NCBI GenBank assembly: GCA_016748015.1 | Contig: JAAOMT010000571.1 | Location: forward strand, 494,892-558,891 | Direction of reading: 5' to 3' | DNA: 64,000 bases | Source: Geosiphon pyriformis uo1 | Taxonomy: Eukaryota > Fungi > Glomeromycota | In this document: in pieces, positions 26,695 through 37,308 of the stretch | How positions within the stretch are numbered: the first letter of the stretch is position 1 | Layout: every line of letters begins with the position of its first letter | The notes under the pieces: model-generated | What the model was told of the DNA's origin: nothing | Databases searched by the model: none | Seen by the model: the letters and a program-made list of their open reading frames with translations, nothing else | Position numbers and translations under genes: made by a program

Positions 26695-27125
26695 GTGGCA
26701 GAATCAGAAATCATAGGAGCAAACCATTTAGGATTTGCCAAATTCTTGTTTCAACAATACAGCCAACAATTAGGATTAAATAATAACTACTTCCCAGCAG
26801 AATCAGCCTTTAATTTTTACATCAATGATAAAATCACAGACTGCTTAGGAAGAATAGTTAACATTGAATCCACAAGAAAAAACTTTTATACAGAATTATT
26901 TCAACACACCAGCTTACCAAGAAACTACAGTTTCACACCAATCATCAGAGAAATCAATCAAACTATTGAAAGGTACACACAACAACAATTCCCTATTATC
27001 TATACAGACAAAGACAAAGGAAGATTGCAAATACCAGCAGTAACACCAAAACAAATACAACCACCTACTTAAAAGAAAACCAAAGTTGAATTACCAACAA
27101 ACTCATCATACTACTATACACCCAG
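26695..27125 (+). pseudogene. gag: gag N-terminal extension of F (GTG start), interrupted by H
   Basis: VAESEIIGANHLGFAKFLFQQY...; homologous to 36004-36381 and 58113-58955. Confidence 0.8.
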
Positions 27126-27940
27126 TGTTACAGGTAACTATTTCAGGTGTTGGATTAAATAACAAACCCATAACTTGGTGCTCAAATCTAATTGCAGTTG
27201 ATAGTGATCTGAAGATTTGTGTCTGAAAGGTTTGTATCTGAAGAGTTTGGTTGAGTTCTTTGTATAATGGACAGAGATTCAATGATAATAGTTTTATCCA
27301 TGGCTTCCTGAAACTGCAGTTTTGTCAATTTTTTTCTCAGCTTGATGGCCAGTATTCCTCCTAGTAAGCTATTTTCAATCGAGTGTTCTATCCTTATTTC
27401 TGGGTCTTTTACCAGTCACGTTTATCCTGATGTCAGTACCCCATGCATTAATCCTCAATAGAGTTAGTAAACAACAGTAAAATTAAAGCAAAAAATAAAG
27501 AAAAGAAAAGAAAATAAAGAAAGAAAAGAAATAAGCCAAGGCAATTTGCAAGTTAGTATTTTGTCAATAGCCATAATCAAGAGCTATTGTTCCAGTATGG
27601 TTAAGTATTAATTACTATTAAAATGAAGTATTGATAGTGGCAGCAGATTTGAGATAACAAACAGTTATTTATTTGTGATTTGGAAAGTTGTCCAAATAAA
27701 ATCTAAACTAAGAGATCTGTCTTTTTAGCTTCTAATCCTATTGCTATATATACATAATTGAGATTCCTCAATTCCTCAATTCTTCACAACAGGAATCCTG
27801 GGATTCTTTGTAAGAATCCTGTAATTCCTGGAATCCTGCAATTTCTGAGAGGAATCCTGGAATTCCATATTTTACTATGTCTACTTCTGATTGGTTAATA
27901 ACTATGCTAATATATATTTCCTATATTTCTATTAGTAACA
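27126..27940 (-). repeat. H 3' LTR
   Basis: Matches 36441-37308. Confidence 0.93.
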
Positions 27941-27954
27941 TTATTTTTTTCTTT

Positions 27955-28613
27955 TAATATTGAGCTCTGTCAAAATCTAACTCTGTTAATTCTCTTTCTT
28001 AAAGTATTTCCTGAATTTCATTTTTGAGAATTACTTGTGTTATTTGAGTCTGTAATTTTTCAAATTGAGTGTTGGTGATCTTTCCTAATTGATTACTGGT
28101 AACTGTATCTATTGCTTTGTTGAGTAAGATTTCTGGTTGATCCTAAAATGCTATGTGTATTTGGTATATGGCTTGGGCCTGTGTAGATAAGTTGTTCTTT
28201 CCCAAAAAATTTTCTAATTGTTGTAGTATTCTTGTATCGAATAATTGCTTTGTTTTATCCATATATAGATTCTGGATATTCACATGTTGTCCCAAGTAAA
28301 AATAACAATAGTTTTTTGGAAATTGTTGTATCCACCAATTCCAAGTTTCTTTAGTTAACTCTTGGTATAGTGACTTTTTTGTCAACTCTTTTATTGCTAA
28401 TTTTACTTTCACAATAATTTTGTTAATGGTATTTTCTGTTTTCTTCTGTGTTCTATGTGGTGATGTCTTTTTAGTGTCTTGATATCAGATGGTTTGTTGA
28501 TTAATTGTAATTTTCATCTCTTGGTGTTGAATCAATTGAAAGAGTTGTTGTGCTAGTGAGTAGATGTTGTCTGTAATTTTTATTTTTCTGATATTTCTTG
28601 TTATGTCTACCAT
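27955..28613 (-). pseudogene. ORF3 of H (about 219 codons), unknown function
   Basis: ATG GTA GAC start at 28613; includes ORF 28143-28412; ends LDFDRAQY* at the PPT. Confidence 0.8.
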
Positions 28614-28644
28614 GTTTTTATATATTCTTTTGATGGATTAATTT

Positions 28645-30010
28645 AACGTGTTATTGTCAATAATGATGATTGGTCCAGATCTCATGGAATCTTTTCTGGT
28701 TGGACTAGTATCTTCTGTACTCCTAATTGTGAAATATTACTGATGGATAGTGGTGTAATGTTGTGGTATGGTTTCAGTCGATCTCTATGTGTTGCTTTGA
28801 TTAAGATTTTGTTATCCAGTCTTAATTTGTAAGCTCCATTCTCTAGAATTTCTTCTATGTGAAATGGTTCATCTTATTTGAGGTCAAATTTTCTACTTCA
28901 TTGTTTTTCTGCTTTGGTACGATGTAAAAGTACTTTGTCTCTAATCTTGAATTCAACTGGTTTGTCTGGTAGTTAATTATCATGTCTTTTTTTCTGTTTT
29001 TCTTGTGACTTTTGTATATTATCAGCTGCTCTTTTTTGTTTGTTTTCCAATGTTTCCATTAAGTCATATGTTTTTCTTAACAATGTTTCTTAGAAATTCT
29101 CTTCTGTTATTGGTTCAGTTGAATATGTGTTAATCTCTATCTCAACTGGTAATGTTGCTGTTCTACTGTATATCAATTCAAATAGTGTTGTTTGTGTGGT
29201 GTCTTATTTCATTGTCTGATAAGCAAATAATACTGATAGTATAAACAAATCCCATTCGTCCTGGTTTTTTTGGCTGAGTTTCACTATTGCTTTACACAAT
29301 GTTCTATTAAATCTTTCAACTAATCCATTGGTTTGTGGATGGTATGGTGATGATAGTGGTTTCTTAATTCCGAATCTTTGGCTTAGTTCTGTTAATGTTT
29401 TATTCACAAAATGAGTTTCTTGGTCTGATAATAGTTCTTTTAGACATCCATGTTGACAAATCAGATCTTGATGAACGAATTTGGCAATGGATTCTGCATC
29501 TGCTCTTTGAATTGCTTTGGCTTCTGGCCATTTAATAAGATAGTCCATGGCTACTGCAATATATCTGTTGCCTCTACTGGTAATTGTTAATAGTCCAATT
29601 AAATTGATTCAATACAGTCAAATGGTTGTCCTACTTTGATTGGTCTTAATGGTTTGCTGGGTTTTGTTTCTCTTCTTCTTTGACAAACATCATAATTTTG
29701 CACATATTGGATAATGTCTGGATACATTGATGGCCAATAGTATCTCTTTCTGGTTCTTTTCATGGTTGTTTCTTTATAAAAATGTCCTGTAGTTGGATCT
29801 GAGTGCATGTTGAACAGTATTGTCTCCTTTTTTGGTTCTGTAATTACTCTGGTTGGTTGATCTGAATTTTTTCTATTTTTTTGATAAAGTATATTTTGGT
29901 GAGTGATAAAATATTTGGATTGTTGTTTGATCCTTTTTTGTTCTGGTTGAGATAATTTCTCCTTGAACTGTTGAGTATCTATATAATGTTGAAGTTGTTA
30001 ATATTTTTGT
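28645..30010 (-). pseudogene. pol: Integrase of H
   Basis: MHSDPTTGHF, YYWP, LSDQETHF, SPYHPQTNGLVERFNRTL, GPY/F-like C terminus; no chromodomain. Confidence 0.95.
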
Positions 30011-30079
30011 GTGTTTATCTTTTGTTATATTTTCGTGAGTATTGTTTTGGTTTTGTTATATTTTTGGGTTGAAATGTTC

Positions 30080-31270
30080 TTAAATTTGTCTCATTCATGA
30101 CAAACTGTTAGCATTTCCATTGTCTTTTCCCTTTTTATAATGTATGATATAAATATATGTCGAAAGAGCCATTTTTTATCTTGACTGTCTTCTGTCTCTA
30201 AATTCTTGTTTTTGGAGTGATGTCAATCCTTTGTGATCTGTGTACACCTCAAACTTTTGGCTCAAGTATTCTTTCCATTTCATAACTGCTCAATAGATTG
30301 CTAGATGTTCTAATTCTGGTGTTTTATAGTTCTTTTTGGCTGGAGTCAAATCTCAGCTGGCATATGCGACTGGATGTTCTCTTCCATCCAATCTTCTCTA
30401 AGATAGTACTGCTTCCAATGCTTGACCTGATGCATCAGTGATGATAATGAATGGTTTACTATAATCTAGATAGATCAATACTAAAGCTTGAATAAGCTTT
30501 CTTTTTAAGATGTCAAATGCTTCTTGCTGGGTTTCAGTCCATTCATACTTTGCATTTTTGGTTTGAAGATCATTGAGTGGTTGTGCTATCTTTGAAAAGT
30601 TCTTTATGAAGCATCTATAATAGCTTGCAAATTCCAAGAATGATTTCAGCTCAGTTATATTGGTTGGTATTGAAAAGTTCTTTATTATCTCTATTTTTTC
30701 CAGATCTGTTTTTATGCTGTCTTTGCTAATTATGTGTTCCAAAAATTTTAGTTCTGTTTTGCCAAAAAAACACTTTGTTGCATTCAATTTTAATCCTGCT
30801 CGTCATAGTCTTTCAAACACTTGTTGGAAATAACATAGATGATCATCGAATGTTTTTGAGAACACATTGGTGTCATCCAAGTATACAACTACTGATTTCC
30901 ACAATAAGCCAGTATACATGATTTCCATTAGCTGTTGGAATGTAGCTAGAGCATTGGTTAAGTTAAATGACATAACTTCAAACTCAAAGTTTCTCTCTCT
31001 TGTGATGAATACCATTTTTTCTTTGTCAGTTGAATTCATGGCTACTTGCCAGTACCCACTATCCAAGTCTAATATTGAGAACCATTTGTTTTTACCAAAA
31101 GCATCAAATAGTTCTTGTATCCATGGAGTTAGATAGCTGTCTTCACAAGTTACACCATTGAGTTTCCTGTAATTTACACAAAATTGGATTTTTCCATTCT
31201 TCTTACAGACAAGTACTACTGGTGACAACCATGAACTCATTGATGGCTGAATTAACCCATTGTCAAGCAT
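30080..31270 (-). pseudogene. pol: RT + RNase H of H
   Basis: SPVVLV, LDLDSGYWQV, VVYLDDTNVFS, FIIITDASG. Confidence 0.96.
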
Positions 31271-31909
31271 TCAGTTGATCTCTTGACAGATGATTTCATG
31301 GCTGGCTGGTGGTACCCTATATGCTTGCTGTTTAATTGGCATTGCATCTCCAGTTTTGATCTGATGCTGAATAATATCAGTTCTGCCAAATTTGTTTTCA
31401 CTGGCAAAGATGTCATTGAAATTATTGAGTAATATCTTTAGTTATATTTGTTGAAATGGGTCTAGATTTCCCATGTTTATCTGTTCCAATTGTTCTGGCT
31501 GTAACAGATAACATTTGTTTCATCTGTAGATAGTTTGTAATGTAATGTCCACATATCCACAAAGCTGTGGAAAATCTGGAATGCTGTTTGGTGCTTGATC
31601 TTCAATTTTTGTGGTTAAATATCCAAGAGTGGTTCCTTTTGGTATCTTTACAACATTTCTGGTGTTGTTGTAGATGGAAATTTTGATATGATTATGGTTC
31701 TTGGCTGGTATGTGTAGATTAATAAGTCCAATTTCTCCTAATTCACAAAAGGTTGCTTCTGCTTCAAAAATCTGTTCTTGCTCCTTTTCTCTTCTTTCTA
31801 TTGCTAATATATATCGGCTATATAGTGAAATGTAAATTGTTTAACCAGTTGAGATAATTTTTCCTTGGCCAATAATTTCTTCCTCCACCATATTGACTGG
31901 TACATCTAT

Positions 31910-32320
31910 TCTACCCATTGATTCAAATCCCTGTATCCCTCTTGCTGTTATTCCTAATTCTTTTTTATTTCCCATTGAAACTAACTGAGCTATTTTCACC
32001 AGAGACAGAAATATTGTCTGTGCTATCCTTTCATTTGGCTCTATAACATAGGTCTTTTCTGAGTTATTTTGTAACATAGCAATGATATTTTTTACATATC
32101 CTGCATCGATTATTCCTCCTCTGATGTTTATTCCCTTTTTTGCTAAACTACTCCTAGATGCTAATTGAACCATTGTTGTTGCTAGAATTTCCAGTACTAT
32201 TTTCAAATCGATGCAAGTGTGCAAATGGGATTCCAATTTGATGGTGTTCTTTTCTGAATATCTTAGATCAAATTCTGTATCAGTATTATGCACACATTCT
32301 GGCATGATACCTTTATCATT
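31910..32320 (-). pseudogene. dut: dUTPase domain of H
   Basis: DTEFDL, LASRSSLAKKG, GGIIDAGYV, NERIAQ, RGIQGFESMG. Confidence 0.93.
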
Positions 32321-32569
32321 ATCACTGAACCATTTCAGTTCTTGCTTCTTAGTGAGGTCAGAGAGTGCGATATATTGTTCATAGTTTGAATCTGAGTTGG
32401 AATTATTGTCATTGTTATAGCCATTTTGAACGGAACTGGAACCATTATTTTTGTTATTGTTATTGTCAAAGTTTGAATCAGGGTTGGAACTTGATTCCAA
32501 TTCTGATGTGCAGTTATTGATTGGTTCTTCTTCTTCAGGGATTGTGTAGATCATGTGTGGTGGTGGATT

Positions 32570-33200
32570 GTAGATGAGATCACAATCATCACAGAATTGG
32601 AAGTCACATGGAATCAAACAGTGGTCACATAATCGGGTGTTGATTTCTTTTAAGCATTGCTTTTGCTCTTCTCTTGGGAGTGTTAGATTTTAATAGTGTT
32701 TATGAAATTCTTCTGGACTGTTTTCTAAGTTGATAAAGGTGTCCAGGTTGAAAACCAAAACAATGTCTGTTGGTTCTGAAGAGTTATTCTTAATCTCCAA
32801 AATTTCACTGGGCGAAGTGCTTTCTACTTTGGCATTGGCCATTTGCCAGATCTTGTCCTTATCATGTGGATAGCTGTCTAGATGGGATATAGCTTGGTGC
32901 TATGCTGCTGTAATGGGCATACTACGACTCACTTAGTCGCTGATGAGAATCGTATATTGGCACAAAGTGTCATATGTTTCTCCTTGACCAGGAATGTTGT
33001 TCCACATTCCTTCATTGAGTAATTGTTTGCTGCAAGTGAGACATGGTTTGTTGTCCCACTTGCCTTGTCTTTTTGGGTAGCCATATCATTCCCTATGGCA
33101 GGGCTTGTAATAGTAATGGGTTCATGTCCAGTAGTCTTTGTTTGGTGTTATCCAAGCTCCTATTAAGGACAGTTTCTTTCCACATCCTTGTATTTAAGAG
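32570..33200 (-). pseudogene. Cys-rich domain of unknown function within pol of H
   Basis: Several CxxC pairs (e.g. CLTC, CDTLC, CDHCLIPCDFQFCDDC). Confidence 0.7.
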
Positions 33201-33579
33201 GTATATATGGTGGCTTTTTTATTGGTTTACATGAATATTTCCTTTCCCAGCCACTAGTTATTTCTCCTGTAGTGGTGGTTTCTTCAGGTATGTTTTCTTT
33301 CCTTTTTTTCTCTTTTTTCTTGCTCTTTTCTTTCCAATCTAGAATTGGTGGCATCTCACTTTGGTTGTTGTCAGTTCAAGCGTCAATGGTGGTTTCTCAG
33401 GTAGATTCTTCTTTTTGTTTCTCTTTTCCATTGTTGTTGTTGTCCCAGGTGAGTATTGGTGACAGTTCGTTGTGGTCGACATCAGCCCACAAGACTTGGT
33501 ATGCTTTCCAAATAGGTTTTTCTTTTTTTTCTTCTAGTTCTATCAATAGTTCCTTTCTTGAAGGAGCTTTAAAGTGCCC

Positions 33580-33996
33580 ATATATAGCTGGAGTTCTAAC
33601 GTGTTGGCCATTCTGGCTAAGCTGGAGTTCTTGCATGGTTCAGTCTAGGACGGCATTGGTCTTAGACAGCCAATTATTTCCAACCAAAGCTTGGTATTGG
33701 GTGGCTTCCATGACCAATACCTTGATAGGTGTGATGAGGCCACTGATTTCAAATGAAAAGTTGTCAATTTCACTGATTGGGGTTTTGGTTGCTCCATCAG
33801 TAGTGATAATTCTCGTGCTGGCAGCTCGGTCAACTTTGCGACCTAATTGGTTCATGAGTTGCTGTATGATGATACTGCCAGCTAATCTACTATTTAGGAT
33901 CAGCTTGATAAGATGACTATCAACTTTTGCATCAGTGTACATAGTGGTAATAGGTTTTTCCTCAAGTGCAGCTCTACTGAATAATGGTGTTGTCAA
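33580..33996 (-). pseudogene. pol: Aspartic protease of H
   Basis: IKLILNSRLAGSII, ALVGNNWL. Confidence 0.85.
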
Positions 33997-33999
33997 TGG

Positions 34000-36381
34000 T
34001 GCCTCGAGTTCAAATGGGAAGATTGCTGTCAGTGATTCATTATTGATGACAGTTGCTGGTGGAATATTGTTAGTAAGTATTGTTGGTGGTTGATATGATT
34101 CTGGGTTGTTGGAGGTGGCATCTTCTGGAATAACCAGAAGACTTAAATAGTTCTGAGAATTTGGGTTCTGAATGTGACTGGTGCCTGAATTCCGAGATCA
34201 CGACCCTGATGGTGGGGTTGATAAGCTGAAAATCGGTTGATGGACAACTATCGCCGATCTCCAGTTTTAGGCAACTCTTGATCTGGGGTTTCCTAATGTT
34301 ATCTGAGCAGGGTTTGGTAGTGGTGTTTATACTATGGTTGGTTGATATATTATTTGTGGCTGTGGCTGATACATTGTTTGTAGCTGCAGTTGATAGATGG
34401 CCAGTGGTTAATAGACTAAAGTTTAATATATTGGCGGTTGATATATTGGCTGTTATGTTATTGGTAGGTAAGAGTGTTGACTTTGATTTTGTTGATATCT
34501 TGGAGTTTGAAACCAGCAATCAGGGTTTCTATATTGATTTCCCAATTATTGGTTATTTAAATGGATATGACAGTCAATTTGTAGGTGTCCTTGTCTTTTA
34601 CAATAGTGGCATGCACACATTTCTTGTTGTCACTGTGGATTGGTTGATGAGGATAGATGTGACTGATTCTGGAAATGATTGGCATTTCTTTGATTAATGC
34701 GTCATTGTAGAGGTTGATAAATTGCCTGATTGTCAGCTAAGTATCCCTCAATTTTCTGATTGATAGAATCACTGATTTGCTTCAATTTGGAATCCAAATC
34801 AGATGATCCATTTATTACTAAATTTACAGCTTGGGCATAGTTGGCTTCTAGCTCAGCTGCTTCAAAATCTCTAGCTTGAGTGACTGTGGTGGGGAGGTCA
34901 ACTGGATACATTAGGCGTACTCATTGGAAGATGCTGCTGCGTAGCTCTCTGATGAACTGATTCAAGATCTGTGGTGCTGTAAAATAATTAGCTTAGATTG
35001 CCTGAATTTGGCATAGATTTCTATAGAAGTGTTCCAAGTAAGTGGTGACTGCTTCTGTGTCTCCTTGTTTGATAGTAGTAAAGGTGTTGGTCAAGCAATT
35101 AATACTATTATTATTATTAAAATATCTTACAAACTCTGTCTTGAAATCATTGAAGGTTTGGGGTTTGGCAACTAGGCTCTAATACTATGAGTCAGCAGTA
35201 TCTTTGAGAAAGTATGGAATGGCTTGCATTGCCCTGGCATTATTCTATCCATTGGCTGTAATGGCTTTTTTGACATCATTAAGCCTGACTTGGGCATCAT
35301 CTTCTTCACTGGTGAAATTGTCAATTTTGGCAATTAGAGTGTAGGCCATTGGATCTAAGTTTAATTGCTGTTGTTAAATAGGTAACTGAAGTGGTTGTTG
35401 TGGTTGGTAAATCAGCTGCTGGGGTGGTTGTAAATTTTGCTAATTTGGCAGCTGAATTGGTTGGAGCAGTTGTTGTAGTGGCAGTCCAATGGGTTCAATT
35501 GGTGGGTGATCAATAATGATATTCAGAGGTAAGTTTGGATTAATTACTCTGGGGTTTTGATTGTCTTAATTTAGTGGTGTTCTAATATTCGGAGTTTTGA
35601 TTTCGGGGTTTTCTTGATTTGGATTTCTTGGAGTTTGATCATTCGGGGTTTCAAATTCCGGGTTTTCAGGAATCAGGTTTTGGTAAATAAACTTTTGATC
35701 CTCAGCTTCTTTTTCTTTCTTTTCTTCTGATTCTGTTACTTCCCACGGATCAGAAATTCTGAAATCTGGGGGAGGCAGTAGCAATTGGAGTCCTGATAGT
35801 GTTAATGATCACAAGTTAAATCCTTCAAAATACACGCCGTATGGTCCTAATAACTCTGCTTTCTTTTGTTTACTTTGAAATGGAAATTGTCCAAATGCTG
35901 ATGTTGTGTTTGATGTAACCACGCTGGTAGATGTAATATTAATGGCACTTCCAGGTGTATAGTAATATGATAGATTAGTTGAGGACTCAACTCTTGTTTT
36001 TTTTCAAGTAGGTGGTTGTATTCTTTTGGGTGTTACTGCTGGTGTTTGCAGTTTTTCTTTGCCTTTGCTTACATAAGTAATGGGATATCTTTGCTGTGTG
36101 TGGTGTTCAATTTTTTTGTTGATTTCCATAATGATGAAGGCGAAATTGTGATTTGTTGGCAGGTTGGTATTTTGAATTAATTTACTGTAAAAGGCTTCTC
36201 TTGCTGATTTAATATTTACTGGTGTTCCTAAAAAATGGACAATTTTTTCATTGACATAGAAATTAAAAGCTGATTCCACTAATATGTGGTTGTGATTTAA
36301 TCTCAAATGTTGACAGTAGTGTTGAAATAAAGATTTTGTGAATCTTAGATAATTTGCTCCTATGTTTTCTAATTCTGTCAC
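34000..36381 (-). pseudogene. gag: gag of H (GTG extension from 36381, capsid AUG near 35349, zinc knuckle ~34570-34615)
   Basis: MAYTLIAKIDNFTSEEDDAQV, QAIPYFLKD, CHYCKRQGHLQIDC. Confidence 0.9.
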
Positions 36382-36420
36382 TTTTAGATTTGTGTTGGTG
36401 CTGGTTCTCTGTAGAATTAT

Positions 36421-36438
36421 ACCTCACAGGGAGCACCA
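36421..36438 (-). promoter_or_regulatory. PBS of H
   Basis: Minus strand TGGTGCTCCCTGTGAGGT. Confidence 0.85.
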
Positions 36439-36440
36439 AA

Positions 36441-37308
36441 TGTTACAGGTGACTATTTCTGGTGTTGGATTAAATAACAAACCTGTAACTTGGTGCTCAA
36501 ATCTAGTTGCAGTTAATAGTGATCTGAAGATTTGTGTCTGAAAGGTTTGTATCCAAAGGGTTTGGTTGAGTTTTTTGTATAATGAACAAAGATTCAATGG
36601 TAATAGTTTTATCTGTAGCTTTCCGAAACTGCAGTTTTGTCAATTTTTTTCTCAGCTTGATGGCTGGTATTCCTCCTGGTAAGCTATTCTCAATCGAGTG
36701 TTCTACTCTTATTTCTGGGTCTTTTACCAGTCACGTTTATCCTGATGTTAGTATCCCATGCGTTAATCCTCAATAGAGTTAGTAAACAACAATAAAATCA
36801 AAGCAAGAAATAAAGAAAAAAAAAAATAAAGAAAGAAAAGAAATAAGCCAAGGTGATTTACAAGTTAGTATTCTGTCAATAGTCATGATCAAGAGCTATT
36901 GTTCCAGTATGGTTAAATATCAATTACTATCAACATGAAGTGTTGATAGTGGCAGCAGATTTGAGATAACAAACAGTTATTTATTTGTGGTTTGGAAAGT
37001 TGTTTAGATAAAATCTAAACTAAGAGGTCTGTCTTTTTAGCTTCTAATCCTACTGCTATATATACATAATTAAGATTCTTCAATTCCTCAATTCTTTACA
37101 ACAGGAATTCTGGAATTTTTAGAATCCTGCAATTCTTTTGAGAGAAATCCTGAAATTCTGAAATCCTGTGATTTCTTGTGAAAATTCTATAATTCTTGGA
37201 ATCCTGTAATTTCTGAGAGGAATTCTGGAATTCCACATTTTACTATGTCTATTTCTGATTGGTTAATAACTATGCTAATATATATTTCTTATATTTCTAT
37301 GAGTAATA
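36441..37308 (-). repeat. H 5' LTR
   Basis: Partner of 27126-27940, with a longer GGAATTCC array. Confidence 0.93.

Larger units (their letters stand above)
27126..37308 (-). mobile_element. H: full-length, uninterrupted Ty3/gypsy element (10.2 kb), family C, dUTPase-bearing
   Basis: LTRs 27126-27940 and 36441-37308, PBS 36421-36438, PPT 27941-27955, TSD ccag/ccaa. Confidence 0.95.

Noticed and set aside
33188-33916. 242-aa hydrophobic plus-strand ORF and similar short F/L/I-rich ORFs
   Set aside because: Antisense shadows of A-rich pol or LTR sequence; not conserved between copies
34070-34519. S/T/N-rich ORFs (also 38648-39148, 11672-11899) as an overlapping mucin-like gene
   Set aside because: They are the shifted frame of the Q/P/Y-rich gag linker, which is naturally stop-poor. 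In F the true frame runs from zinc knuckle to protease, broken only by transition-derived stops.
36560-36780. Hammerhead ribozyme in the LTRs
   Set aside because: I could not find a CUGAnGA...GAAA core with supporting stems by eye; an Rfam scan would settle it
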